From the IMG/VR virus record IMGVR_UViG_2061766007_004329: DNA of 64,000 nucleotides. One strand, written 5' to 3'. Of the stretch, positions 33,237 to 43,210 are shown piece by piece (position 1 is the stretch's first letter; each line of letters opens with the position of its first letter). The notes beneath the pieces were generated by a model. That model made no database searches and had not been told where the DNA came from. It worked only from the letters and a program-made list of their open reading frames with translations. The stretch comes from an uncultured virus (IMG/VR IMGVR_UViG_2061766007_004329). Taxonomy: Duplodnaviria; Heunggongvirae; Uroviricota; Caudoviricetes. The translations under genes were made by a program, and so were the position numbers.

Positions 33237-34470
33237 CGTCCTCCTCTGGCAATATGCCCGGGGCGGGCTTTCCTTGTGTTGTCGCCTGAATCGGGATCAT
33301 ATTGCCGTTTACAAGGTACACATTGCCGCCCTGGTCCTCAGGTATGGGGTTCATGTTCTCCAGTGCCCGGATGTCGTTCGCGTTCAGCCAGCCGTTCTGG
33401 CGGCCAATGGCGTAACCTTCCATGCGGCTTTTATAGTCGCCGCGCATCAGGCCGTCCATGTTGAAGCGGACATAGAAAATGCCCTTCTCCTTTTCCGGGA
33501 AAAGAGCACGATTCATGGCCTGTTCAATTCTCACCAGCCATGGGCGTATGGTGTGGACAGCGAATGAGATGGACTGGTTCTCGATGTTGGAAAACGTCGC
33601 CCGGTCCAGGTCGCCGATCATGTGGGGCGGCACGCGGTAGATCCGGCAGATCTCCGACACTTGGAATTTGCGTGTTTCGAGAAACTGTGCTTCATTATTG
33701 GGCATGGATATTCTGGTGAACGTCATGCCCTCTTCTAAAATGGCGACTCGATTGGCATTGGACGAACCGCCATAGGCTTCCATCCACGCCTCCCGCAGGG
33801 CTTTGGGATTCTTCACGGTGTTGGGGTGCGTCAGGATGCCACTGGGCGTAGCGCCGTTGGAGAAAAACTTGCTTCCGTATTCCTCCGCAGCGATCCCGAG
33901 GCCAATGGCGTTCTTCTCGACAGCAATGGGGCTGTAGCCCATGATGCCGTCAAAGCCGAGGCCCGGGATGTGCAGCACATCCTCCGGTCTGAGCCGCACT
34001 GTCTCACCCTTGGTCGTGGAGTAGGTGTAGGTCAGTTGTCCTGACTTCTCATCCCTGTCCACTTCCATGTGGTCCGGCAGCAGCGGGTATAGTCCGATGA
34101 TCTTTCCACGTCCGCTGCGGATGATCTGACTGTAGGAGTTGCCCCACAGCAGCAGGTGCGTGAGCATTGCTTCCCGCCAGATGAAGGAAGTCATCTCGCT
34201 GTTCGGCTCATCATGGATGATCCGGTACAGTGGATGCTCCAGCGCTTTCACCGAGCCTTCCTTCGTATCCTGGAACACCCCAAAGGGCAGACTGGCGATG
34301 GTCTCTGCGATCACACGCACACAGGCGTACACGACGGACACCTGGATGGCGTTTCTCGGTGTGACCGATTTGCCAGCGCTGCTGCCGCCGAAGGAAAAGG
34401 TAGTGGCAGCACTGACGACGTCTTTAGGCTTGTCCCGCGCACGGAACAACCCCGCGAATGGGTTCTTCAT
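33058..34470 (-). CDS. Portal protein, HK97 family
   Basis: VYACVRVIAETIASLP, GYSPI, QFLETRKF, VPPHMIG. Confidence 0.95.
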   Translation of the reverse strand: MKNPFAGLFRARDKPKDVVSAATTFSFGGSSAGKSVTPRNAIQVSVVYACVRVIAETIASLPFGVFQDTKEGSVKALEHPLYRIIHDEPNSEMTSFIWREAMLTHLLLWGNSYSQIIRSGRGKIIGLYPLLPDHMEVDRDEKSGQLTYTYSTTKGETVRLRPEDVLHIPGLGFDGIMGYSPIAVEKNAIGLGIAAEEYGSKFFSNGATPSGILTHPNTVKNPKALREAWMEAYGGSSNANRVAILEEGMTFTRISMPNNEAQFLETRKFQVSEICRIYRVPPHMIGDLDRATFSNIENQSISFAVHTIRPWLVRIEQAMNRALFPEKEKGIFYVRFNMDGLMRGDYKSRMEGYAIGRQNGWLNANDIRALENMNPIPEDQGGNVYLVNGNMIPIQATTQGKPAPGILPEEDDEGGSRVGESDNASGDLAGYHPADHAVDPVAAGILHHAATGEAQPDEDGEPAGKTQERR

Positions 34471-34482
34471 GTTCTACCTCCA

Positions 34483-34824
34483 TTACAGGCCGTGGCCCGT
34501 CTTTTGATCATGGCATCCTTTGCAGAGTGCCTGCCAGTTCTCCTGATCCCAGAACAGCAGCTGGTCACCCCGGTGCGGAACGATGTGGTCGACCACCGTC
34601 GCAGGGGTGATTCTGCCGTACTTCAGGCAGCGCTGGCAGAGCGGATTTCGCTGCAGGAACAGTCTGCGTGCCTCCCGCCATTTGGCATCATAGCCTCTGG
34701 CGGCTGCGTTGCCCCGAAGCGATTCCGGCGACCATTCCTTCCGGTGTTCCTCGCAATAGGTGCCCGTCTCACACAGGTTCGGACATCCGGGATACCGGCA
34801 TGGTCGTTTGGGTTTGTGCGGCAT
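34483..34824 (-). CDS. HNH endonuclease (packaging-associated)
   Basis: VVDHIVPHRGD...NWQALCKGCHDQKT. Confidence 0.93.
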   Translation of the reverse strand: MPHKPKRPCRYPGCPNLCETGTYCEEHRKEWSPESLRGNAAARGYDAKWREARRLFLQRNPLCQRCLKYGRITPATVVDHIVPHRGDQLLFWDQENWQALCKGCHDQKTGHGL

Positions 34825-34836
34825 ATTGGCCTCCTA

Positions 34837-35088
34837 TTACAGCTTCACATCAGGGTCAGTCTCCCATTCGTGGACGAGGGGCGGCCACTCCTCAAAGAAG
34901 AGATTGCGGCCCACTTCCTGACTGCGTCTGATCCTGTCCATGAAGGATTCGGTCGTCTCCTCCAGAGGCATCTTGTACTCGCGGTTGTTCTCGAAGTCAA
35001 CAACCGTCACATCGCCATCCGGCATGAGAAAGCATAACTTTGAATCAGGAAAAGCCTCCCTATAGGCATCAAACACATAAGTCTCCAT
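34837..35088 (-). CDS. Small acidic hypothetical protein (candidate immunity)
   Basis: 83 aa; starts right after the upstream stop, with GGGAGG RBS. Confidence 0.65.
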   Translation of the reverse strand: METYVFDAYREAFPDSKLCFLMPDGDVTVVDFENNREYKMPLEETTESFMDRIRRSQEVGRNLFFEEWPPLVHEWETDPDVKL

Positions 35089-35988
35089 TTATCTGATTCC
35101 TCCCAATCTCCGTTCAAACCACTCCCAGGCCGTGGGCAGATAATCCTGCATCGCCTGTCGCAGCCTCGGACTGAATGCCGCGTCGAACATATTCGCCCAA
35201 GCCTCAGAAGTGATTTCAAATTGCTGGTTTCCACGAGTCCAGTAATCCCAGGTATGGCCCCATTCGGTTCCTCCACCGGAATGCGCGTTATAGTCCTTGA
35301 ATACACCACCGAAGATGTCCTGTATGCCGAATGTCAGGTTGCTTCCGTACTGGATCATTTCGCGGCCAATCCTGTGGCGCAGATCATGTTCTGTAATGTC
35401 GCCTCTGGACATGCCATGCTCGCTGCGCCAGCGATCTTCAAACGCGAGGACGTCGCGCTGAATGGCATTGAAAAAAGCCATGCTCCGGCTGGGCAGTTCG
35501 GTGTTATGATCGACATAATGCCCATGCTCATGAAACCAGGTTGAGCCTGCCTCCTTCGACCACCCTGTGGAGTCTTTTCTGAAGCTCATCTCAACATCGT
35601 TGAAGTACGGCCTGTAGTGAGCGGTGTCTTCTCGGTTGCCATCTGATACCGCGCCACCTCTGGGAACGATGGCATCATATACACGCTTGGCGTCATCTGT
35701 GCCAGATTGAAACTTTCTCTCAAGCTGTCGCCGGTATTGCTGTGTCAGTGGCCCTTCGCGGCGCTCAAACCGGCCTTGCACAGGAGTGCCGGGAGCACCT
35801 CCGCTTCCGGGTGGACCCTGACCGGGAGGCAAAGGCCCACCGCCTGCACCTCCAGCACCTCCACCGCCGACCAGTCCACGTCCGCCGCGCCCACCGATAA
35901 TGCCGCCACCACCGCCGCCACCGGGAATGCGACCACCGCCGCCACCTCCAGGGTGTATTCCTCCGCGTGCACCGCGTCCGCCCATCAT
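35089..35988 (-). CDS. Gly-rich MGGRG N-terminal protein with zincin-like HExxH domain
   Basis: MMGGRGARGG Gly/Pro tract; WFHEHGHYVD and downstream SEAWANMF. Confidence 0.75.
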   Translation of the reverse strand: MMGGRGARGGIHPGGGGGGRIPGGGGGGGIIGGRGGRGLVGGGGAGGAGGGPLPPGQGPPGSGGAPGTPVQGRFERREGPLTQQYRRQLERKFQSGTDDAKRVYDAIVPRGGAVSDGNREDTAHYRPYFNDVEMSFRKDSTGWSKEAGSTWFHEHGHYVDHNTELPSRSMAFFNAIQRDVLAFEDRWRSEHGMSRGDITEHDLRHRIGREMIQYGSNLTFGIQDIFGGVFKDYNAHSGGGTEWGHTWDYWTRGNQQFEITSEAWANMFDAAFSPRLRQAMQDYLPTAWEWFERRLGGIR

Positions 35989-36653
35989 GTCACCCCCGTT
36001 TCTATCTTCCGGAGGCGCTCCTGATAGGCCGCGACAGGCACCAGTTTCGGGCCACTTTCGCCGTACATAGCGGCCATTTTCGTGGTGATTTCACCAGGTA
36101 TTCGGCCATGAAACAGCACCATTTTGGGCTGTAACCTGCTGATCATCTGCTCATATCCGAGCAAAAACAGGCATTTCGCCCTCCGTTCCATCTGTGTTCC
36201 CACAGAAGAGACCGCCACAGTGCTGTTTTCCGGCTCACCGTCGAAGCACCAGTCGAAGCTGCGCTCATCTGACCAGCATATCGTCGGAATGACAGTGATG
36301 CCCTTACTCTGCCAATAAGCGCCAAGCCAGTGTTTTCGGTAGTGGCTATTGATCTGCAGCGCCAGCGGAAAATCCGTGAACATGGAGAAGTCCGGCGTGC
36401 ATACAAAGCGGAACTTCCGGAGCATGTCTGTGTAGATGTCCGGCGACGTCCACAACCGCGAGAATTGATAGTCCTTTAGAAAGAAATGCACTCCCACTTG
36501 CTCAGGGTGGCGTTGCTTCGCGGCAAAGTTAAAGCCGATCATTTCGACCGGCTCTTCTATCTCCATCGGCAGAATGCGTGGAACCTCGTACTTGCCAACC
36601 CCTTCAAAAGAGGCTTTGTCCATGTTCTCGCACTGTCGAAGTGTCCACAGCAT
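35985..36653 (-). CDS. DUF4417-family protein
   Basis: VHFFLKDYQF, PDFSMFTD, GITVIPTICW, WCFDG, VAVSSVG motifs. Confidence 0.85.
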   Translation of the reverse strand: MLWTLRQCENMDKASFEGVGKYEVPRILPMEIEEPVEMIGFNFAAKQRHPEQVGVHFFLKDYQFSRLWTSPDIYTDMLRKFRFVCTPDFSMFTDFPLALQINSHYRKHWLGAYWQSKGITVIPTICWSDERSFDWCFDGEPENSTVAVSSVGTQMERRAKCLFLLGYEQMISRLQPKMVLFHGRIPGEITTKMAAMYGESGPKLVPVAAYQERLRKIETGVT

Positions 36654-36665
36654 AGCATCACCACC

Positions 36666-38222
36666 TCATCCGAGGACCAGCAGGCCACGGGTATCGTACA
36701 CCGAGCCGTTGTTCTGGTTCTTCATGGCACGATCCAGCGCCATGACCATTGCGACCGCACCGTCCACCTTCTCCGTGCTTTTCTCCTTGTCGATCTTGAT
36801 GTTCCCGGCAGGATCAGTGCGCACGAAGGCGTTGTCCATATTCCAGCGGAGCACCGGATGGCCGCCGTGGTTGATGCGGTGCTCCAGCACCAGCCGCATC
36901 AGCTCCTTGGTGGGAGCGCTCATGTCTCTGAACCCCTGACCGAATGGGATCATGTTGAAGCCGTCCTCTTCCAAGGCCTGGACCATCATGCTGGCGTTCC
37001 ATCGATCGTATCCGATCTCCCGGATGTTGAACCGTTCTCCCAGCTCCACGATGAACTTCTCGATGAAGCCGTAATGCACCACATTGCCTTCGGTGGTTTT
37101 TAGAAAGCCCTGCTTCTCCCATACGTCGTACATCACATGATCGCGCCGCACACGCAGAGCCAGTGTCTCATCCGGCAGCCAGAAGAACGGAAGGATAATG
37201 TATGGCTCCGAATCGTCCTGCGGCGGGAACACCAGCACCAGCGTCGTCAGGTCGGATGTGCTGGACAGATCCAAACCTCCGTAGCAGGCACGGCCCTCCA
37301 AGTCATACTCGCTGACATAGCCGCCACACTCATCCCACTTGTCCATAGGCATCCAGCGCACGGACTGCGCAGTCCACTGATTGAGTCGCAGTTGTCGGAA
37401 CATATTTTCGTCCGCCGGTGTCTCCAGCGCCTTGTGATAGGCATCGCGCACCTTGTCGATGGTGATCGTGTACCCGAGACTGGGGTTGGCCTTGTACCAG
37501 TTTTCTTCCTTGTGCCAGTCCTCCGACTCGGCGAGACCATAGATGACGGGATAGAACCGGTCATCCTTCTTTCTGCCCTCCAGCAGGTCGAGTGCTTTCT
37601 GGTGAACCTCCCAGCAGATCGATGTCCTGTCCGTGCCAGCCGTGGTCAGGAAGAACCACAGTGGCTGGCGGCGGGCATCGCCCGAGCCCTGGGTCATGAC
37701 ATCATACAGAGCACGGGTCGGCTGGGTGTGCAGCTCGTCAAAGATGCACGCCGATACATTCAGGCCGTGCTTTGTCGCAACTTCGGAGGACAACACCTGG
37801 TAGATACTGCCTGTCGGTACATACACCATGCGCTTGGTGGAGGGCACTATCTTGATGCGCTTCGACAGCGCCGGACTCTGGCGAACCATGTCGCATGCCA
37901 CGTCAAATACGATGGCAGCCTGCTGGCGGTCGGATGCGCAGCTGTACACCTCAGCCTTCCATTCATCATCGTTCACCAGCATGTTGAGCGCGATGGCAGC
38001 GCCCAGCTCCGACTTGCCCTGCTTCTTGGGGATTTCGATGTAGGCCGTTGTGTACTGGCGCATGGTGGGATCATCATCTCGGACCGTGCCGAACACGTCG
38101 AAGATGATCTTCTCCTGCCAGGGAAGGAGGGTGAAGGGCTTTCCGTGGAATTCGCCCTTCGTGTGCTTCAGGCACTCGATAAACCGTTTGACACGGTTCG
38201 CTTTGCTTACATCGAACGCCAT
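36666..38222 (-). CDS. terL: Terminase large subunit
   Basis: PKKQGKSEL Walker A, IFDELH, GGLDLSST, KVDGAVA. Confidence 0.96.
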   Translation of the reverse strand: MAFDVSKANRVKRFIECLKHTKGEFHGKPFTLLPWQEKIIFDVFGTVRDDDPTMRQYTTAYIEIPKKQGKSELGAAIALNMLVNDDEWKAEVYSCASDRQQAAIVFDVACDMVRQSPALSKRIKIVPSTKRMVYVPTGSIYQVLSSEVATKHGLNVSACIFDELHTQPTRALYDVMTQGSGDARRQPLWFFLTTAGTDRTSICWEVHQKALDLLEGRKKDDRFYPVIYGLAESEDWHKEENWYKANPSLGYTITIDKVRDAYHKALETPADENMFRQLRLNQWTAQSVRWMPMDKWDECGGYVSEYDLEGRACYGGLDLSSTSDLTTLVLVFPPQDDSEPYIILPFFWLPDETLALRVRRDHVMYDVWEKQGFLKTTEGNVVHYGFIEKFIVELGERFNIREIGYDRWNASMMVQALEEDGFNMIPFGQGFRDMSAPTKELMRLVLEHRINHGGHPVLRWNMDNAFVRTDPAGNIKIDKEKSTEKVDGAVAMVMALDRAMKNQNNGSVYDTRGLLVLG

Positions 38223-38723
38223 TTAACCACCATCCTTCCATGCGCCGTTGAGCAACTGCTCCATTGGATCTTCCGAGTCCTTGCCGCCTGTACCGCCACC
38301 CGCCGCGATAATGCGGGAGCGTGTTGCAGGGGAGAGGCCAAACTCGCCAGCCAGTGACTGCATGATCTTCAGGTTCTGCTGGGCGATGGACACCTGCGGC
38401 ACCTGCTGGACATAGCCGCTGGGAGTCTTGAAGATGGAGCCATGCTGGGTGATGAACTCTTCGGCTTCCTTCCATCGTGCATAGGCCTGGCAGTAAGCGG
38501 AGAAGCTCTCGATGTCCCAGATCGTCAGCACGCCCATCGCTTCGAGGGAAGGTGCCAGCCGCTTCCATTCCTTCTTTGCCTCCGACAGCAGCCAGGATGG
38601 ACACTTGATGACGCCCTTCGGCGGCGTGGGTTCATACTCGTTGATGGGCCGTCTTCCCTTGCCCCGGTCGCCCTCTAGCTTCTTCAGCGCGGTCGGCAGG
38701 GGCTTTCTACCCTTAGTCGCCAT
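38223..38723 (-). CDS. terS: Terminase small subunit, P27 family
   Basis: GRKPLPTALK, EFGLSPATRSRI. Confidence 0.94.
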   Translation of the reverse strand: MATKGRKPLPTALKKLEGDRGKGRRPINEYEPTPPKGVIKCPSWLLSEAKKEWKRLAPSLEAMGVLTIWDIESFSAYCQAYARWKEAEEFITQHGSIFKTPSGYVQQVPQVSIAQQNLKIMQSLAGEFGLSPATRSRIIAAGGGTGGKDSEDPMEQLLNGAWKDGG

Positions 38724-38759
38724 TGGACATCCCTCCCTTCGTCAAAAGTACATATGGGT

Positions 38760-40007
38760 TTATTCAGCTGGCCAGGTTTCAGCCACAGCCTCTTCATAGG
38801 AAAGCTCCGTTCCATCGCGGAGCACTTTTACATTTTGGGACGCACCTTCGTGGAACTGAATGTACCTGTCCACAATGACGGAGGCATACCGTTCGTCCAG
38901 CTCCATCGTGTAGCAAATGCGGTCTGTCTGGTCGCAGGCCATGAGTGTGCTGCCGGAGCCGCCAAACAGATCCATAACCACCGCATTCGGTGCGGAGCTG
39001 TTCTTGATGGGGTACGCCACCAGCGGGATGGGCTTCATCGTAGGATGCTCGGCGCTCTTCTTCGGCTTGTCATACTGCCAGATGGTGGTCTGCTTTCGGT
39101 CGGCATACCACTTGTGCTTGCCGTTGGGCAGCCATCCATAGAGCACCGGCTCNNNNNNNNNNNNNNNNNNNNNNNNNNNNTTTGCCCAGATGCACACGCC
39201 GCTCAGGTGAAAGCCGGCCTCCTTGAAGGCTCGCCTGAAGTTGATCCCTTCCATATCCGCATGGAATACATAAGCACTGCCACCCTCAGCCATGTGCGCC
39301 GCCATGTTCCTGAAGGCGGTAAGAAGGAAGTTGAAGAACTGCCCGTCCTCCATGCTGTCGTTCTGGATGCTTTTTCCGTCTGCGGATTCATACGCCACGT
39401 TGTACGGCGGGTCCGTCACCACCAGGTTGGCCTTGATCCCGCCCAAGAGCAGGTCAACATCCTCCTCGTTGGTGCTGTCACCGCACATCATGGTGTGCCT
39501 GCCGATTTTCCAGATGTCCCCGCGCTTCACGAACGGAGCAATGGTCTCCGGATCGGCCTCACACTCGTCATCCTTGACTTCTTTGTCATGCACCTTGCTG
39601 AACAGATCATCCACCTCGGCCATATCAAAGCCGGTTGCCGTCACGTCATAACCGGACTGCTGCAAGTCCTGCAGCAGATCGGCCAGCGCGGTCGGTTCCC
39701 AGTCGCCGGTTGCTTTGTTCAGCGCGATATTCAGGGCTTTTTCGTCCTGCGGGTTCTCGATATGAACCACCACGCAGTCCACTTCCGTCGCGCCTTCATT
39801 GACCAGCACCTTGTAGCGCTGGTGGCCTCCGACGATGTTGCCGGTCACCTCATTCCAGACGATGGGGTCTACATACCCAAAGTCGTGCAGGCTGCGCTTA
39901 ATCTTCTCATAGGCCGAGTCTCCCGGCTTCAGGTCTTTGCGTGGGTTGTATTTCGCGGGCTTCAGCTGATCCACAGGAAGCCGCTTCATCGTCAACTCTG
40001 TTTTCAT
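38760..40007 (-). CDS. ParB-domain N6/N4 DNA methyltransferase (copy 1)
   Basis: YNPR/GGHQR ParB domain, TDPPY, HPTMKP, DLFGGSGST. Confidence 0.93.
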   Translation of the reverse strand: MKTELTMKRLPVDQLKPAKYNPRKDLKPGDSAYEKIKRSLHDFGYVDPIVWNEVTGNIVGGHQRYKVLVNEGATEVDCVVVHIENPQDEKALNIALNKATGDWEPTALADLLQDLQQSGYDVTATGFDMAEVDDLFSKVHDKEVKDDECEADPETIAPFVKRGDIWKIGRHTMMCGDSTNEEDVDLLLGGIKANLVVTDPPYNVAYESADGKSIQNDSMEDGQFFNFLLTAFRNMAAHMAEGGSAYVFHADMEGINFRRAFKEAGFHLSGVCIWAXXXXXXXXXXEPVLYGWLPNGKHKWYADRKQTTIWQYDKPKKSAEHPTMKPIPLVAYPIKNSSAPNAVVMDLFGGSGSTLMACDQTDRICYTMELDERYASVIVDRYIQFHEGASQNVKVLRDGTELSYEEAVAETWPAE

Positions 40008-40018
40008 GTGTCTCTCCT

Positions 40019-41263
40019 TTACTCGCTCACGATCTCCTCAAAAGAAAAGGTCTGGCCTCCGCGAAGGACAGACACATCTTCACTTGTCTCCACCAGGTCG
40101 ATGTACCTCTGCACGATGACCGAAGCATACCGTTCGTCCAGCTCCATCATATAGCAGATACGACTCGTCTGTTCACAGGCAATGAGCGTGCTGCCCGAGC
40201 CGCCGAAGGTATCCAGCACCACAGCGTTCGGCGCAGAGCTATTCTGCAGCGGATAGGCCAGCAGTGGGATGGGCTTCATTGTCGGATGGTCCTTGGAGCG
40301 CTTCGGCTTGTCGTACTGCCAGATGGAACTCTGATTCTTCCCTGCAAACCAGCGGTGCTGGCCGTTGGGCAGCCAACCGAAGAGCACGGGTTCATGCTGC
40401 CACTGGTACGGCGAACGCCCAAGCACCATGCTGTTTTTCATCCAAATACATACACCGGCGATGGCAAATCCCGCCTCCTGAAAGGCCGTCCGGAAGTTCA
40501 GTCCCTCGGTATCTGCGTGGAAGATGTACGCAGACGCGCCTTCGGCCAGGTGAGGTACCCAATTCTGAAAAGCGGCAAAAAGAAAAGCATGGAACTTCTC
40601 ATCTTCCATGCTGTCGTTCTGGATGCTCTTGCCGTCAGCCGATTCATACGCCACGTTGTAGGGCGGGTCCGTGATGACGAGGTTCGCCTTAACGTCTCCC
40701 ATGAGAATGTTGAGGTCGGCAGGGGAAGTAGCATCGCCGCAGTACACGCGATGCGGCCCCAGCTGCCAGAGATCGCCGGGCTTCACGAAGGGTTTGATGG
40801 TGTCTGCACTCAGGTCGGTATCATCGTCTTCCAGGTCATCCACATCCTTCCGCGCCAGTAACGCGTCGATCTCATCATCATCAAAACCGGTCAGGCCGAG
40901 GTTATAGCCGGACTCCTGGAGGTCAAGCAGCAGCGAGGCCAGAGACTGATCTTCCCATTCGCCCACGGCCTTGTTGAGCGCGATATTCAGGGCTTTTTCA
41001 TCCTGCGGGTTCTCAATGTGAACCACCACACACTCAATCTCAGCAGCACCCTCGGCCACCAGGATTTTGAAGCGCTGATGCCCGCCGACGATATTGCCCG
41101 TCACTTCATTCCAGATCAGCGGGTCGACATATCCATACTCGTCCAGGCTGCGTTTGATCTTCTCATAGGCGGCATCCCCCGGCTGCAGGTCCAGACGGGG
41201 ATTGTACTTTGCCGGTTTCAGAAGTTCCACCGGCACACGCCGTGTTTCAATACTCGTTTTCAC
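40019..41263 (-). CDS. ParB-domain N6/N4 DNA methyltransferase (copy 2)
   Basis: Same motifs: TDPPY, HPTMKP, DTFGGSGST. Confidence 0.93.
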   Translation of the reverse strand: MKTSIETRRVPVELLKPAKYNPRLDLQPGDAAYEKIKRSLDEYGYVDPLIWNEVTGNIVGGHQRFKILVAEGAAEIECVVVHIENPQDEKALNIALNKAVGEWEDQSLASLLLDLQESGYNLGLTGFDDDEIDALLARKDVDDLEDDDTDLSADTIKPFVKPGDLWQLGPHRVYCGDATSPADLNILMGDVKANLVITDPPYNVAYESADGKSIQNDSMEDEKFHAFLFAAFQNWVPHLAEGASAYIFHADTEGLNFRTAFQEAGFAIAGVCIWMKNSMVLGRSPYQWQHEPVLFGWLPNGQHRWFAGKNQSSIWQYDKPKRSKDHPTMKPIPLLAYPLQNSSAPNAVVLDTFGGSGSTLIACEQTSRICYMMELDERYASVIVQRYIDLVETSEDVSVLRGGQTFSFEEIVSE

Positions 41264-41345
41264 TCCTGTTTCCTCCCGTTTGGCACCACTTTTTATGCCC
41301 TACAAGGCACCACTTCACAATGCACTTGCCTTTGCCTCTCATCCA

Positions 41346-41435
41346 GATACCCCACCCCCGTAATTTGTCGGAAATTCACGCGAGAGGGGCCGGCGGTCCC
41401 CCTTTACACACCGGTGAGGATTAGACCCCCCCTCC
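41346..41435 (-). other. Putative cos/packaging initiation region
   Basis: GGGGGG...GACCGCCGGCCCCTCTCGCGTGAATTT...GGGGGTGGGGTATC upstream of the MTase-terS block, resembling cos regions of P27/HNH phages (recalled similarity). Confidence 0.55.
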
Positions 41436-42202
41436 CCGGCACACCTCGGGCGGCCGGNNNNNNNNNNNNNNNNNNNNNNNNNNNNNNNNNNNNNNNNNNN
41501 NNNNNNNNNNNNNNNNNNNNNNNNNNNNNNNNNNNNNNNNNNNNNNNNNNNNNNNNNNNNNNNNNNNNNNNNNNNNNNNNNNNNNNNNNNNNNNNNNNNN
41601 NNNNNNNNNNNNNNNNNNNNNNNNNNNNNNNNNNNNNNNNNNNNNNNNNNNNNNNNNNNNNNNNNNNNNNNNNNNNNNNNNNNNNNNNNNNNNNNNNNNN
41701 NNNNNNNNNNNNNNNNNNNNNNNNNNNNNNNNNNNNNNNNNNNNNNNNNNNNNNNNNNNNNNNNNNNNNNNNNNNNNNNNNNNNNNNNNNNNNNNNNNNN
41801 NNNNNNNNNNNNNNNNNNNNNNNNNNNNNNNNNNNNNNNNNNNNNNNNNNNNNNNNNNNNNNNNNNNNNNNNNNNNNNNNNNNNNNNNNNNNNNNNNNNN
41901 NNNNNNNNNNNNNNNNNNNNNNNNNNNNNNNNNNNNNNNNNNNNNNNNNNNNNNNNNNNNNNNNNNNNNNNNNNNNNNNNNNNNNNNNNNNNNNNNNNNN
42001 NNNNNNNNNNNNNNNNNNNNNNNNNNNNNNNNNNNNNNNNNNNNNNNNNNNNNNNNNNNNNNNNNNNNNNNNNNNNNNNNNNNNNNNNNNNNNNNNNNNN
42101 NNNNNNNNNNNNNNNNNNNNNNNNNNNNNNNNNNNNNNNNNNGTATCAGAAACTACGCAATTCCGACTCCCAAACAACGCTGAAACGACGCTGACAGTTA
42201 TC

Positions 42203-42235
42203 TGGACTTTCCGGCCCCGCGGAGTGATTAATGTG
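42203..42235 (+). promoter_or_regulatory. Putative promoter of the amidoligase operon
   Basis: TGGACT...GAGTGATTAATGT; related motifs at 47397-47425 and 19250-19280. Confidence 0.55.
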
Positions 42236-42301
42236 TCACGGGCCGGAAAACGGCCCCACCGGGCGGGCGGGAAAAGCCGCCGCCGGAAAGGAGCGCGAAC
42301 C

Positions 42302-43192
42302 ATGAACAGCATGAAAGAGCAGACCTTCGGTGTTGAGGTCGAAATGATCCTCTCCCGCGAGAAAGCCGCGAAGACCATCGCCGAGTATTTCGGCACCACG
42401 GCCCGCTACGTCGGCGGCGCCTACCACGCATGGAAGGTGCGCGACCTGCAGGGCCGCGAATGGACGGTCGAGAGCGACGCTTCCATTGATGCTCCGAACG
42501 GGGAGATGCAATGCGAGTTCGTCACCCCGATCTGCCGCTGGGACGACCTCGAAACCCTGCAGGAGCTCATCCGCGAGCTCCGGAAGGCGGGCGGCAAGGC
42601 ACACCGCTCCTGCGGCATCCACGTTCACATCGGCCTCGGGGAGCACACCCCGAAAACCCTCCGGAATCTGGTGAACATCATCAACGCACACGAGGACCTC
42701 CTGACCCAGGCGCTGGCCATCTCCTTCGATCGCCGCGCCCGCTGGTGCAAGCCGGTCGACCCTTCCTTCCTCCAGCGCCTGAACCGGCGGAAGCCCGACA
42801 CCAGCGAAGCCTTCGCCCAGCTTTGGTACAACGACCGCGCCTGGGAATACCACGCACACCAGCACTACGACCCCAGCCGCTACCACCTGCTCAACCTCCA
42901 CGCGGTGTGGCAGAANNNNNNNNNNAGGGCCTTCAACAGCACGCTCCACGCCGGCGAAATCAAGAGCTACGTCCAGCTCTGCGCGGCCATTTCCTTCATG
43001 GCCCTCAAGGCCAGCGCCGCCAGCCCGCGCAGGCCGGTCACCGACAACCCCGCCTACACCTTCCGGTGCTGGCTCCTCCGGCTCGGCATGAACGGCGAGG
43101 AGTTCAAGACCGCCCGCACACACCTCCTGAAAAACCTGCCCGGGAACGCCGCATGGCGCAATGGCACCCCGACCGCCCGACGCACCGCCTGA
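42302..43192 (+). CDS. Phage amidoligase (COOH-NH2 ligase type 2 / Amidoligase_2)
   Basis: TFGVEVE, SDASI, CEFVTP, SCGIHVH, RYHLLN, FNSTLHAGEIK; AAGGAG RBS. Confidence 0.9.
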   Translation: MNSMKEQTFGVEVEMILSREKAAKTIAEYFGTTARYVGGAYHAWKVRDLQGREWTVESDASIDAPNGEMQCEFVTPICRWDDLETLQELIRELRKAGGKAHRSCGIHVHIGLGEHTPKTLRNLVNIINAHEDLLTQALAISFDRRARWCKPVDPSFLQRLNRRKPDTSEAFAQLWYNDRAWEYHAHQHYDPSRYHLLNLHAVWQXXXXRAFNSTLHAGEIKSYVQLCAAISFMALKASAASPRRPVTDNPAYTFRCWLLRLGMNGEEFKTARTHLLKNLPGNAAWRNGTPTARRTA

Positions 43193-43210
43193 TCCGGGCG
43201 AGAACCACAC

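Noticed and set aside
42241..42290. GC-rich hairpins upstream of the amidoligase as another hammerhead
   Set aside because: No CUGANGA core or GAAAC...GUC stem III.
41018..42301. 724-aa ORF extending the amidoligase upstream
   Set aside because: Artefact of translating through the N-run; the real start is the ATG at 42302 after AAGGAG.
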